Shown: positions 44,504 through 55,037, counted from the first letter of the stretch. The stretch: DNA of 59,697 bases from a bacterium (GCA_030641525.1 DAOWHH010000010.1:1-59697); one strand, 5' to 3'. The notes: generated by a model not told the origin, from the sequence alone. Numbers and translations: made by a program.

Positions 44504-44965
44504 ATGTTATCAGAACAAATAAGAAGTGAATTAAAAGAATCAATGAAAAATAGAGATGAACTTTCTATGACAGTATTAAGAAGCCTCTTGTCTGGTTTCA
44601 CAAATGAATTAGTGGCTCAAAAAAAGAAACCACAAGATGAAATTTCAGATGAGGATGCTTTAAATGTCATCAAAAAAGCAGTCAAACAAAGAAAAGACTC
44701 CATTGAACAATTTGAAAAAGGAGGAAGAGATGATTTAGTTCAAAGTGAGAAAAAAGAATTAGAAATTCTTAATAAATATCTTCCTGAAATGATGCCTATT
44801 GAAGAAATCAAAAAAATCGCTGAAAGCAAAAGATCAGAATTAGGGATTGAGGATCAATCTAAAATGGGAATTTTAATCGGAGCAGTAATGAAAGAAATAA
44901 AAACAAAAGGAGAAGAAGCTGACGGCTCTGATGTAAAACAGGCTGTAGAAGAACTTTTCACTTAA
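44504..44965 (+). CDS. GatB/YqeY domain protein
   Basis: IRSELKESMKNRDELSMTVLRSLLS...E.E.L..YLP pattern. Confidence 0.85.
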   Translation: MLSEQIRSELKESMKNRDELSMTVLRSLLSGFTNELVAQKKKPQDEISDEDALNVIKKAVKQRKDSIEQFEKGGRDDLVQSEKKELEILNKYLPEMMPIEEIKKIAESKRSELGIEDQSKMGILIGAVMKEIKTKGEEADGSDVKQAVEELFT

Positions 44966-45110
44966 TATTTAAAAAAAAAGCTATCCGATAGCCACTGGCT
45001 ATCGGATAACTGCTTTTTTGTTTTATTAGAGTCTATATTCTACATTCTAATATCCCAAAAATGTAAATATGTACACAAACATAGCGACTACTCTATTTGT
45101 GTATATGTTT

Positions 45111-46859
45111 TTATAATTTTTCCAAAACATGCAATTCATTAATTGCTCGAGTTAATCCTACATATAAAATATCTTTCTCAATCTTTATCCATTCTTCTTC
45201 TATATTATTTAATCGTATATTCTCTAAAAATTCTTTTTTATTAAAGCCGACAATAAAAACAATATCAAATTCAACTCCTTGTGCTTGTCTAATACTAAAT
45301 AAATGAATATTTTTTTGTTTATTAAATTTTTTCTGAAATTCTTCCAAATAATCCTTATCTCGAGATAATATTCCTATATTTGCGTATTTTTTACCTAATA
45401 AATATTTTTTAATATAACCAATCTCTTGCTTCTTGTTCTGGAAACTTTTTTCTACAACAGGGACACCTTCTCTTGTTTTTTTGGAGATTTCAATTTCGTA
45501 GCCCATCTTTTTTATATATTTTAATATTTGTTTTGTACTTCTATAAACCTTGTTCAAAACAACCTTTCTTTCGTTAGGAATAATCTCTTGGATTTGTTCT
45601 AAAGAATATATAGTCCCAAAATATATCTTTTGAGCAATATCTCCAACATAAATAATTGATCTATTATCTTTGTTAATATAATTTTGGATTATTTTTATTT
45701 GATCTGGTAAATAATTTTGAAATTCATCTATTAATATCAAAGAATATGTAAGTAAATCTTTTATTTTATTATGATGAATTTTTAGTAATAAGGTTAAATC
45801 AAACCTATCTAATGTTTTTTGTTTCTTTTGTTGTAAAAATAATTTAAAACTTTGTTTTGATAATGATTTTTTATAAATTTCTTCTAATACTAAATGTGGT
45901 TTTTTTGAATCATATTTAAATTTTTTGAGGTTATTATTTTCTAATCCTAAAAGTGTTTGATTTTTCTCATATTTAAATTGTCTTCTTTCTTCTTTAGAAT
46001 CTCCATAAGTTATTGAAAACTCAAGATTTTTAATTTTTAAAATATTGATAGCCCATTCTGAAAATGTAGTAATCTCAACCTTGTCTATACCTAATTCGGG
46101 CAAGAGGTGAGAAAAATATTCTTTAGTTTTTGTGTCTTGTACAAAAACGATAATGCTTTTACTTGGATATAAAAGATTAGTTTCAGGAGATTGTTTAAGA
46201 TAAGCGATCCTATGTAAAGCTAATGTAGTTTTTCCAGATCCAGCTGCTCCTGTAATTAAAAATGGTCCATTATGTTTAGCTCTAATTACTTTATCTTGAG
46301 CCTTTTCCATTTGACTAACAATTTCAGGTAAAAGAAATTTTTTCTTTTTTGTTGAAAAATATTCTTGATAAATTAATTCTTTAGGATAATCTTTAGTTTC
46401 GGATGTTAAAAATAAGATTTTTCCATCAACAATCATAAAATTGTCTTTTCGAAGTAATTTCCCAAATCTTTTTTTGTTATTTTGTAAAGTAAAAGAAAAT
46501 TTACCTATATTTTCAAAACGTAATTGAGCAGCTGGAGTTGTCCAAGAATAAATAGATTTTTTATCAAAATTAAATTTGGCAAAATAAATTGTTTTTTCTT
46601 GTTTTTCGTCTTCAAAAATAACATCACATCTAATAAAATAAGGGTTGGGATAAAGTTTCTTTAATTCTACTTTTCTTGATGAATCAAAACGAATAATTTG
46701 TTGTAATGTTGCCGATTCCGAAGGAGAAGAGATTGAGAGTTTCTTGATATTTTTTTCATATCTTTTTTCACGATTTAATAGAGATTTTTTGATATTTTTT
46801 TGGACAAAAGAAATATGAGTTTTACTTTTCTGTAAAATTTCTTTTTTATTTATTTTCAT
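45111..46859 (-). CDS. UvrD/Rep-family (HelD-like) helicase, short form
   Basis: Walker A GAAGSGKTTLALHRIAYL, LIDEFQN (motif II), and C-terminal GVEFD / VGLTRA motifs. Confidence 0.8.
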   Translation of the reverse strand: MKINKKEILQKSKTHISFVQKNIKKSLLNREKRYEKNIKKLSISSPSESATLQQIIRFDSSRKVELKKLYPNPYFIRCDVIFEDEKQEKTIYFAKFNFDKKSIYSWTTPAAQLRFENIGKFSFTLQNNKKRFGKLLRKDNFMIVDGKILFLTSETKDYPKELIYQEYFSTKKKKFLLPEIVSQMEKAQDKVIRAKHNGPFLITGAAGSGKTTLALHRIAYLKQSPETNLLYPSKSIIVFVQDTKTKEYFSHLLPELGIDKVEITTFSEWAINILKIKNLEFSITYGDSKEERRQFKYEKNQTLLGLENNNLKKFKYDSKKPHLVLEEIYKKSLSKQSFKLFLQQKKQKTLDRFDLTLLLKIHHNKIKDLLTYSLILIDEFQNYLPDQIKIIQNYINKDNRSIIYVGDIAQKIYFGTIYSLEQIQEIIPNERKVVLNKVYRSTKQILKYIKKMGYEIEISKKTREGVPVVEKSFQNKKQEIGYIKKYLLGKKYANIGILSRDKDYLEEFQKKFNKQKNIHLFSIRQAQGVEFDIVFIVGFNKKEFLENIRLNNIEEEWIKIEKDILYVGLTRAINELHVLEKL

Positions 46860-46873
46860 TTTAGTTTTAATGT

Positions 46874-48829
46874 TTATTCCAATATAGCTTTAATTCTCCT
46901 CACTCCAGCAGAACTACTTTGTTCTTTAATTATTTTAAATTTACCCAATTCTCCAGTATTTTCAACATGAGGTCCACTACATATTTCATGAGAGAAATCC
47001 CCTATTTCATATACTTTTACTTTTTCTCCGTATTTAGAATCAAATACTCCAGAAGCCCCTTTTTCTTTAGCCTCATCTACAGTCATTTCGTCACAATTAA
47101 TATTTATTTTTTTAGAAATAACCTCATTTACCAATCTTTCCACTTCTTCTTTTTGCACATCAGTTAATTTTTCATCCCAAGAAAAATCAAATCTTAATCT
47201 CTCTGCAGTAATATTAGAACCTTTTTGTTGAACTTTTTCTCCTAAGACTTTTTGTAAAGCTGCCAAAAGTAAATGAGCAGCAGTATGTAATTGAGTAGTC
47301 TCTTTAGAAGTATCTGCTAAACCACTTTTAAATTTTCCAATAGTTGCTGTTCGTGAAAGTTCTTGGTGTTTTTTCATAGCTTCATTAAATAGTGTTATTA
47401 TCCTTTCTTTGTTATCTCCTTCCATTAAGTCTAAACCTGCGCCTTTTCTTATTTTATTTATTTCCTCTAAACTCATTTCAATAGGAAATCCGTAAGTAGT
47501 AAATAAAGTAAAAAGAATTTTCCCTATCTTTCTATTATAAGGAGACTTATATTCAGAAAACTCCTCTCCTTCTTCAACTTTATCAATTATAGTCCCAGAC
47601 CATTTTTCTAATTCCTTCAAACCTTTCTCTAAGGTTTGAGAAAATTTATATTCTTCTTTTACCAAACTATCTTGAATAAAAACTTTGTTTCTTTCTAACT
47701 CAGGGTAAACATCTTTGTATTCTTCTATCACTTTTTCTGCGACTAAAAATGTAAAATGTGGTTCTTTTATACCAATAGTTTTAGCATACCGAATAGCACG
47801 ACGAATTAATCTTCGTACAATATATCCTTGGTCAGTATTGGAAGGACTAATTCCTTTATCGTCTCCCATAATAAAAACAGCTCCTCTCAAGTGATCCATG
47901 ACCACTCTAAAAGAATAAGTAATTTTTTCTGATTCATTATATTGTTTACCAGATAATTCCTCTAATTTACTCTTCACTCCAGAAAACAAATCTCCCATAA
48001 AAATATCTGGATTATCTAAAATAGCTACAGCCATTCTTTCTAATCCTCCACCAAAATCAATATTTTTATTCTCAAGTGGCTCAAATCCAGTTTCTGTTTT
48101 TATATATTCCATGAAAACATTATTTCCAATCTCTAAAAATCTCCCGCAATCACAAGTAGGATGACAAACCTGATCTTTATAAGGAGAATTTTCATGGATC
48201 TGTCTATTAGCCCCAAAATCCCAAAATATCTCAGAATCTGGTCCCCCAGGCTCTCCTACAGGCATTTTATCTGGAGTTCCTGATCTAGACCACCAATTTT
48301 CTTTTTCATCATAATAGAATATTCTTCCTTCTTGCATTCCATCTTTTTCAGCCATATCTACAACTTTAGCTTTTATTCCAACACTCTCAAATCTTTCTTG
48401 CCATAATTTTACAGCTTCTTCGTCTCTAGGAATTCCTAATTTTTTATCTCCCCTAAAGGTTGTCACATAAATTCTATTAGGATCTAATTTTAATTCTTTT
48501 ATTAAAAATTCAAAGACCCATTCTATTTGTTCTTTTTTAAAATAATCACCCAAAGACCAATTACCTAACATTTCAAAAAAAGTAGTGTGACGATTATCAC
48601 CAACATCTTCAATATCTAGAGCCCTAAAAGATTTTTGAGAATTTGTTATGCGAGTTCCCTCAGGATGTTTTTCTCCTAATAAATACGGAAGGATTGGCTG
48701 CATTCCTGAACCAGTAAATAAAGTAGTAGGGTCATTATCAGGCATTATAGAAGCACTGGGAATAATTTTATGTCCCTTATCCTTAAAAAATTTCAAATAT
48801 TTTTCTCTTATTTTTTTAGTAGTTAACAT
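46874..48829 (-). CDS. alaS: Alanine--tRNA ligase (short form lacking the C-terminal C-Ala/DHHA1 region)
   Basis: IREKYLKFFKDKGH, FTGSGMQP, NVFMEY, and editing-domain HTAAHLL...CSGPHV. 651 aa. Confidence 0.92.
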   Translation of the reverse strand: MLTTKKIREKYLKFFKDKGHKIIPSASIMPDNDPTTLFTGSGMQPILPYLLGEKHPEGTRITNSQKSFRALDIEDVGDNRHTTFFEMLGNWSLGDYFKKEQIEWVFEFLIKELKLDPNRIYVTTFRGDKKLGIPRDEEAVKLWQERFESVGIKAKVVDMAEKDGMQEGRIFYYDEKENWWSRSGTPDKMPVGEPGGPDSEIFWDFGANRQIHENSPYKDQVCHPTCDCGRFLEIGNNVFMEYIKTETGFEPLENKNIDFGGGLERMAVAILDNPDIFMGDLFSGVKSKLEELSGKQYNESEKITYSFRVVMDHLRGAVFIMGDDKGISPSNTDQGYIVRRLIRRAIRYAKTIGIKEPHFTFLVAEKVIEEYKDVYPELERNKVFIQDSLVKEEYKFSQTLEKGLKELEKWSGTIIDKVEEGEEFSEYKSPYNRKIGKILFTLFTTYGFPIEMSLEEINKIRKGAGLDLMEGDNKERIITLFNEAMKKHQELSRTATIGKFKSGLADTSKETTQLHTAAHLLLAALQKVLGEKVQQKGSNITAERLRFDFSWDEKLTDVQKEEVERLVNEVISKKININCDEMTVDEAKEKGASGVFDSKYGEKVKVYEIGDFSHEICSGPHVENTGELGKFKIIKEQSSSAGVRRIKAILE

Positions 48830-48922
48830 AACAATAAATTTGATTTAAAATAATAAACACAATTTACAGGGTCGCAGAGGCGACCTTTATAGCTATTGCG
48901 TTTCTGTTTATTATGTTTAATT

Positions 48923-49144
48923 TCACCTTAATTTATCATATTCCTCAATAGACAATTGAATATCATTTAAAATTTTTCTAGTTAAACCTTTACCCATTTC
49001 TCTATTATGAATAGAAATTACAGTTGTTCTACCATCTGGATGTTTAAAAAATAAATGAGAACTTTCTGCATCTCTTTCCCTAAAACCTAAAATCAAAAGA
49101 ATTTTTACAAATTTCCTTGGTTTAATAGGAATAAGTTTAGGCAT
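48923..49144 (-). CDS. hicA: HicA-family toxin
   Basis: KFVKILLILGFRERDAESSHLFFKHPDGRTTVISIHNREMGKGLTRKILNDIQLS fits the HicA/YcfA pattern. 8-nt overlap with hicB. Confidence 0.8.
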   Translation of the reverse strand: MPKLIPIKPRKFVKILLILGFRERDAESSHLFFKHPDGRTTVISIHNREMGKGLTRKILNDIQLSIEEYDKLR

Positions 49145-49367
49145 ATTCCATTTTTAAATTCTGAATACCAATAAATTTTGTCTTTTCTAAATCTTTTTTC
49201 TTTATTTTAGAATTTCTCAAGCATAATTTTAAAACCTCTTGTAAATTTTCAAACATTTTTTCTTGAGTTTTACCTTCTGCATAACAACTATTCACAGCAG
49301 GAATAGACCCGATATAAATACCATCTTCATCCTGTTCTATATAAACTGTAAAAAATTTATTTTTCAT
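49137..49367 (-). CDS. hicB: HicB-family antitoxin (UPF0150-like)
   Basis: FTVYIEQDEDGIYIGSIPAVNSCYAEGKTQEKMFENLQEVLKLCL. Confidence 0.8.
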   Translation of the reverse strand: MKNKFFTVYIEQDEDGIYIGSIPAVNSCYAEGKTQEKMFENLQEVLKLCLRNSKIKKKDLEKTKFIGIQNLKMEYA

Positions 49368-49448
49368 ATTGATATATTACACATATTTAAATAAAAAAAC
49401 AAACGACTCAATCATAGAGTCGTTTTAATTTTCTGAAACAGAATCTTC

Positions 49449-49736
49449 TTAAAGATTTTCAGGTATTAATTCTCTTAAATCATTACCTTCTATTTGAACA
49501 AGTTTAAGATTTTTTTCTATTGTACATCCTTTTCTCATTTCCTTTACCAAGGCAAAGGTTTCCGATGGTTTGAAAAAACCAACCTTTCCCTCTTTGAAGA
49601 CAATTACCAAGCTTGAATCGTCTTTTTCCCTTACTGTTATAAAGGACCCCAAATCCAATTTTTTCCCATTTAAAAAAGCCGAAGCTTCTTTATTTGTAAG
49701 GTTTTTCTTAATGTCTTTAATCGTTTCAATAGACAT
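49449..49736 (-). CDS. Hypothetical protein (95 aa)
   Basis: Clean ORF with its own terminator (ACGACTC-(7 nt)-GAGTCGT at about 49397-49417, T-run on the minus strand). Confidence 0.55.
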   Translation of the reverse strand: MSIETIKDIKKNLTNKEASAFLNGKKLDLGSFITVREKDDSSLVIVFKEGKVGFFKPSETFALVKEMRKGCTIEKNLKLVQIEGNDLRELIPENL

Positions 49737-49904
49737 TTTACCCCCTATATTGAAATAAGTTTATTAGAACTTTCAAGATCTCTTGATTGACATATTAATA
49801 CTTATTTCTATCAAAGTCAAAATATAAAAAACGTAAAAAATATTTCTCTATTAAATAGGTTATAAACCATTTAAATCAAATGATTTATATTATATTAAAG
49901 AATT

Positions 49905-50516
49905 TCAGAAATTTTTCAAAATCTCAAAATCCTTCTTCAAATCATCCCGACTAAAAGAATTATACAAAGCTACTGCAGGATGAAGTAATGGAATTATCTT
50001 TATATCTCCATAAGGAGCTTTAGCTCCAAAAGCCTTGCCCCGCATTTTCCCTATTGGCTCTATTTCAAAATCTAAATCAAATTTTTTCATAATATATTCC
50101 GCAGAATATCTCCCTAAAGTTGCTATCACCTTAGGTTGAATTATATCTATCTGTCTATCCAAAAAAGGTCCATAAATTTTTATTTCTTCTAAGGAAGGGT
50201 CACGATTGGCTGTTGGTCTATCCTTTACTATATTTGTCACATAAACATCTTTTCTATCCATTTTTATAGATTCCAAAAGTTCATCCAATACTCTACCGGA
50301 AGCTCCACAAAAAGGTCGTCCTTGTTCAGCTTCATTTTTTCCAGGAGCTTCACCCACAAACATTATTTTAGCATTATGGTTTCCTGCTCCTAGCACAGGA
50401 AAAACCTTATTTTTAACCCTTTCTTTGTACAAAGGAGACCTTTTGAGATTTAATACCTCATCTTTTATCTCTTTTAATTTTTCAGTTTTAGGCATATTTT
50501 TTAGCTTATTAGTCAA
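49905..50516 (-). CDS. Uracil-DNA glycosylase, family 4
   Basis: MFVGEAPGKNEAEQGRPFCGASGRVLDELL and HPAVALYN motifs. Confidence 0.9.
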   Translation of the reverse strand: MTNKLKNMPKTEKLKEIKDEVLNLKRSPLYKERVKNKVFPVLGAGNHNAKIMFVGEAPGKNEAEQGRPFCGASGRVLDELLESIKMDRKDVYVTNIVKDRPTANRDPSLEEIKIYGPFLDRQIDIIQPKVIATLGRYSAEYIMKKFDLDFEIEPIGKMRGKAFGAKAPYGDIKIIPLLHPAVALYNSFSRDDLKKDFEILKNF

Positions 50517-50657
50517 TTAATTAGTAATCTAATCCTCTAACCCTTAACTTTCTAAATATAATAACATATATTATAAATGACGAAGGTTGATATTCTAATA
50601 AAAAAGAGTATTCTATAGAAATAAGTTATTTATAAAAACCTTTTTTCAGGAGCTTTT

Positions 50658-50921
50658 ATGTTTTTTTTGACACTCTTAGACGGAACCAATATTACTCAAT
50701 CTGAGTTTAGAAATAATTTAAATTCAAATGGATATTCATTGGATCTAAGTCCTCCATTATATATGGGTGATAAAGTTGATATATTTTATTTTGTAAAGAA
50801 TAATGGAAATCCTTTTTGTAAATTTCAAATAGTTTTTACAAAAGATAAAACATATTCATATCCTCGTAGCTCAGAAGAAAAGAATTTTTTGAGACTTTTA
50901 AAGGATTGTTCAATATTTTAA
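50658..50921 (+). CDS. Hypothetical protein (87 aa)
   Basis: ORF with a CAGGAG SD. No family recognised. Confidence 0.5.
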   Translation: MFFLTLLDGTNITQSEFRNNLNSNGYSLDLSPPLYMGDKVDIFYFVKNNGNPFCKFQIVFTKDKTYSYPRSSEEKNFLRLLKDCSIF

Positions 50922-50933
50922 TTGGTGTGGAAA

Positions 50934-51656
50934 TTAAATGATAGGAATAATTTGAGAAATATGTTCTAAAATCATTTTGACTGAAGGAGAACTATCATTC
51001 AAATATGAACGACATTTTATAATCTCATTAAAAACCTCCTTCTGATTAATCTGTGAAGATCCGATCTTCACAGACCTACCTATCGGACAGGCAGTTTTGA
51101 ATTTATTATAAAGAATTTTTTCTAAATCATTTAAAAAAGAAATAGCACCTGATTTATCTGCTTTTTCGTTTGTTTTTTGGGGCAGAAATATCTTAATTAA
51201 ATCAAATCTTTTAGATATATTTGATTTAAGAAAATCTTCCACCAAACCACTCTTACTTGGACCTCCAAGGTCCAAGTGTTTAATTATATTTAATCGTGAT
51301 TTTAATGTAGGTAAAATAGCTTCCGATGAAGGCATTATCAAGAATATATGAGTATTTATAGTCGGTTCCTCAAAAACTTTTAAAAGAGAATTCTGTGCTT
51401 GGACAGTAATAAAATTAGTTTTTATAACAATGATTTTATTTTCACCACCAATAGCTTTTTTAGATTGAAAATTATTTATATACCTCCCATCTTCTATTCC
51501 AAAGGTATCAAAATCTCCTAGATAGAAATCAGGATTAGATTTTATTTTAAAATCAATTTTATCTTCCAAAAAAAATAAAAGTTCTTTAAAAATATTTTCC
51601 TTATCCCCCTCTAAAAGATAAGCATGATGGAGTTTATTATCTTTTTGAAATAACAC
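50934..51656 (-). CDS. holB: DNA polymerase III delta' subunit-like clamp-loader protein
   Basis: LHHAYLLEG, AQNSLLKVFEEP and LPTLKSR motifs. It lacks an intact Walker A, as is typical for delta'. Confidence 0.8.
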   Translation of the reverse strand: MLFQKDNKLHHAYLLEGDKENIFKELLFFLEDKIDFKIKSNPDFYLGDFDTFGIEDGRYINNFQSKKAIGGENKIIVIKTNFITVQAQNSLLKVFEEPTINTHIFLIMPSSEAILPTLKSRLNIIKHLDLGGPSKSGLVEDFLKSNISKRFDLIKIFLPQKTNEKADKSGAISFLNDLEKILYNKFKTACPIGRSVKIGSSQINQKEVFNEIIKCRSYLNDSSPSVKMILEHISQIIPII

Positions 51657-52650
51657 TTTTCCTATAAATATTTAAATGTTGTAAAGCTATTCCTGTTCCT
51701 TTAGAAACACAAAAAAATGGATCTTTAGCTAATTGAGCTTTTACCCCTGTTCTTTTAAAGATTAATTCGGGAAGATTTCTTAATTGAGAAGAACCTCCTG
51801 TCATGATGATTCCTTTTTGAATAATATCGGCCGATAATTCAGGTGGTGTTTCTTGAAAAACAACCTTTATTGCTTTAACCATTTCTTTCAACTCTTTATT
51901 TAAAGCTTTCACTACCTCGTTTGTTTTTATTTCAATAGATTTAGGTAATCCAGAAATAAAATCTCTTCCTCTTATTTCCATTCTTAATTCATCTTCTAAA
52001 AGTAATGCTGATCCAATATTTATTTTAAGATTCTCAGCTGTTTTATCTCCTATAGATAAATTATAATTTTTTTTCACAAAATCCATAATAGCTCTATTCA
52101 TTTTATCCCCAGCACATTTTACAGAGGTTGAAGCAACTATGCCCCCAAGAGAAATTACCGCTACATCTATTGTTCCCCCTCCGATATCAACTATCATATG
52201 CCCTCCTGCCTCTTCTATTGTAACACCAGCTCCAATAGCAGCTAAAATAGGTTCTTTAACCACAAAAGCTTTTTTAGCTCCTGCTTTCATTGTAGCCTCT
52301 ATAACAGCTCTTCTTTCCGTAGATGTCACTCCCGCAGGAACAGATATAATAACTTCTGGTTTAAAAATATTCCATTTTCCTAATGCTTTATTTATATAAT
52401 AATTTAGCATAGCTTCTGTCACTCTATAATCTGCTATAACACCATCTTTCATAGGTCTGTAAGTTACGATACTTTCAGGGGTTCTTCCTACCATTTTTTT
52501 TGCTTCTACTCCAACAGCTAAAATTTTATTATCAATTTCAGAAACAGCGACAACAGACGGTTCACTTAAAACAATTCCTCTTCCAGGAGAAAAAACTAAA
52601 GTATTTGCTGTTCCTAAATCTATTCCTAATTTTTTTGTAAATAAAGACAT
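51637..52650 (-). CDS. mreB: Rod shape-determining protein MreB
   Basis: LGIDLGTANTLV, VDIGGGTIDVAV and IIMTGGSSQLRNL actin-fold motifs. Confidence 0.95.
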   Translation of the reverse strand: MSLFTKKLGIDLGTANTLVFSPGRGIVLSEPSVVAVSEIDNKILAVGVEAKKMVGRTPESIVTYRPMKDGVIADYRVTEAMLNYYINKALGKWNIFKPEVIISVPAGVTSTERRAVIEATMKAGAKKAFVVKEPILAAIGAGVTIEEAGGHMIVDIGGGTIDVAVISLGGIVASTSVKCAGDKMNRAIMDFVKKNYNLSIGDKTAENLKINIGSALLLEDELRMEIRGRDFISGLPKSIEIKTNEVVKALNKELKEMVKAIKVVFQETPPELSADIIQKGIIMTGGSSQLRNLPELIFKRTGVKAQLAKDPFFCVSKGTGIALQHLNIYRKSVISKR

Positions 52651-52733
52651 AATGTTTCAGTTATTGGTTTTTAGTTATTATTTGTTAGTGGAAAAATCAC
52701 TCTGCGATTTTCTTTACTAAAAACTAGAAACTA
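52651..52733. repeat. Long intergenic hairpin element, CGCTTTGCG-core family (diverged core)
   Basis: Core GGAAAAATCAC-TCTG-CGATTTTC at 52690-52712. The arms GGTTTTTAGTTATTATTTGTTAGTG / CTTTACTAAAAACTAGAAAC are partly complementary. Confidence 0.75.
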
Positions 52734-54029
52734 TCAATTAATAACTCTTTCAATATTTGCCCCAATTGCCTGTAATCTATTTTCTATATTTTCATAACCC
52801 CTATCTATATAATAAATATTATTTATTATGGATTCATTTTCTGCAACCAAAGCAGCTATTACGAAAGCAAAACCAGTTCTAATATCAGGTCCGTCAAGTT
52901 CTCTACCTTTTAAATAAGTTTTACCTTTTACGGTAGCTCGGAGAGCATCCCATAATTTTATATCTGCCCCCATCTTGATTAAATCATCTACATAATTTAA
53001 ACGACCTTCAAAAATAGTTTCGAAAACAAGTGATTCTCCATTAACTTGAGTTAAATAAATTAATATAGGAGATTGCAGGTCTGTGGGAAAACCAGGATAT
53101 TCGTGAGTCTTTATATCAAAGGTTTTATAATTTTCTTTATTTTTATTATTAACCTTTATATAATTTTTTCCTAATTCTATATTAACACCCGAATCTTTTA
53201 ATGTTTCTATCAATACTTCTAAGTGAAAGGGGTCACAATTACAAATCTCTAAATCCGAAGCACATAAGGCTCCAAGAATCAAAAAAGATCCTGTTTCTAT
53301 TCTGTCAGGAATATTTTCATAAACAAATCCATTAGATTTTAATAAGTCTCCTCCTTTTATTTCCAAAACGGGAGTTCCTGCTCCTTTTATTTTGGCTCCA
53401 CATTTATTTAAATAATCTATCAAAGAAATAATTTCTGGTTCCATAGCTACATTTGATAAGACAGTTTTTCCCTCAGCTAATACTCCCGCCATTATAAAAG
53501 TTTCCGTAGCTGTCACACTGATTAATTTTTTAAAAAATATATTTGCTCCCTTTAATTTTTTTCCTTTTACTTTTATATAATACTTTTCATTTTTATGTTC
53601 CCAAGTTGCTCCCATTTTTTCAAAGCCTTCTAAAAACAGATCTATAGGACGAGCACCAATAACACACCCTCCAGGATGAGGAAAAACTAATTCACCAAAT
53701 CGAGCTAATATTGGTCCAGCAAAAATTATAGAAGCTCTCATCATTTTTGATGCTTTCTCATCCATTTCTCCACTTCTTACTTTTTTAGTATTAATAAAAT
53801 AAGAATCATTTGATAATTTATCCATTTTTATTCCTAACCCTTCATAAATTTCTTTTATTCTATCTAAATCCTTAATGAGAGGGACATTCGTCATTTTTAT
53901 TCCATCTTCAAATAAGACACTTGCAGCCATTACAGGTAAAACAGCATTTTTTGAACCACTTATCTTTATTTTTCCAGATAAAGATTTTTCTTTACCTAGT
54001 CCTTGAATAATAAATTTTTCTTTTTCCAT
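52734..54029 (-). CDS. murA: UDP-N-acetylglucosamine 1-carboxyvinyltransferase
   Basis: GSKNAVLPVMAAS and the active-site loop HPGGCVIGARPIDL. Confidence 0.95.
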   Translation of the reverse strand: MEKEKFIIQGLGKEKSLSGKIKISGSKNAVLPVMAASVLFEDGIKMTNVPLIKDLDRIKEIYEGLGIKMDKLSNDSYFINTKKVRSGEMDEKASKMMRASIIFAGPILARFGELVFPHPGGCVIGARPIDLFLEGFEKMGATWEHKNEKYYIKVKGKKLKGANIFFKKLISVTATETFIMAGVLAEGKTVLSNVAMEPEIISLIDYLNKCGAKIKGAGTPVLEIKGGDLLKSNGFVYENIPDRIETGSFLILGALCASDLEICNCDPFHLEVLIETLKDSGVNIELGKNYIKVNNKNKENYKTFDIKTHEYPGFPTDLQSPILIYLTQVNGESLVFETIFEGRLNYVDDLIKMGADIKLWDALRATVKGKTYLKGRELDGPDIRTGFAFVIAALVAENESIINNIYYIDRGYENIENRLQAIGANIERVIN

Positions 54030-54331
54030 TTTATTATGAGCTTCGCGAACTTGCCTGCTGGTAAGCAGGTTAGTAAAATAACATTCTGTTAAATCAAATT
54101 TCGACTAAAACATCTTTTTAAAATGTTCGTTCAACCAAAATCTTATTTTGGTTTAGGAAGAAATTTAAATCATTTGATTTTTATCAAAAAATTAAATGAT
54201 ATTTAACACGGGTTATTTTGTTAATTCTTAAGATTATATACTTTATTTCTACTTTTCACCCCATATAATACAATTATTTTGACTAATTTACAATTGATTT
54301 CAATCAAAGTAATGGTATTATTAAGTATATT

Positions 54332-54997
54332 ATGAAAGAAAAACATAACCAAAAAAATATAAAATTACCTAAATATTCACCTATTATAATATTAATCATA
54401 TTTATAGTAATGAGTGCTTTTTTATATAACTTTAAACAATATGGTTTTTTACAGATCAATAATATTGACGAAAATATAAGTATTTTTATTGATAACAATG
54501 AAAAAGAATCAGATTTTAATTTTAAATTAAGAAAAGGAGAGCATAATATTATTCTATCAAAAGAAGGATATTGGCCATGGGCAAAAGATATAAATATAAT
54601 AAAAAAAGAAAATATAGAAATTACTCCCTTTTTTGTTCCTCAAAATAGTAGTGGAGTTTTGATTGGTGAAAATGATTCAGAATATTATAAATTATTAAGT
54701 TTATTTAATAAAAATTTAATTTCAACAGAAGTTTTTGAAAAAATTACGAATTCTGTAATAAAAACACAAATAAAAGCTATTGATTTTTATAAAGATAGAA
54801 CTGATGTTGTTCTTGTTGCTGTAAACGAAGGAGTTTATGCATTAGAAATTAATGAACAGAACATTAATCAAATTGATAATTCTATAAATCAAAATCTTCA
54901 GCCTATTTATAAAGGTAATGATCCTTTATTTGTAAAAAACGATAATAATTCTTTGTATATTTTAGATAATAATAATCTTATGATGGTTAATTATTAA
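54332..54997 (+). CDS. Membrane-anchored PEGA-like domain protein
   Basis: N-terminal TM. FKLRKGEHNIILSKEGYWPWAKDINI resembles a PEGA domain. Confidence 0.55.
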   Translation: MKEKHNQKNIKLPKYSPIIILIIFIVMSAFLYNFKQYGFLQINNIDENISIFIDNNEKESDFNFKLRKGEHNIILSKEGYWPWAKDINIIKKENIEITPFFVPQNSSGVLIGENDSEYYKLLSLFNKNLISTEVFEKITNSVIKTQIKAIDFYKDRTDVVLVAVNEGVYALEINEQNINQIDNSINQNLQPIYKGNDPLFVKNDNNSLYILDNNNLMMVNY

Positions 54998-55037
54998 ATC
55001 TGGAGAGGTTGAGCCTCTCCGGATACCTTTCTGGATT
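54996..55037. repeat. Palindromic element (GGAGAGG variant)
   Basis: AAATCTGGAGAGG-TTGAG-CCTCTCCGGATACCTTTCTGGATTT. Confidence 0.7.

Noticed and set aside
54030-54331. Member of the CGCTTTGCG-core family upstream of murA.
   Set aside because: The region has several hairpins (CCTGCT-GGTA-AGCAGG; AACCAAAAT...ATTTTGGTT) and the GAGCTTCGCGAAC motif, but not the conserved core. It was left as an ordinary divergent promoter region.
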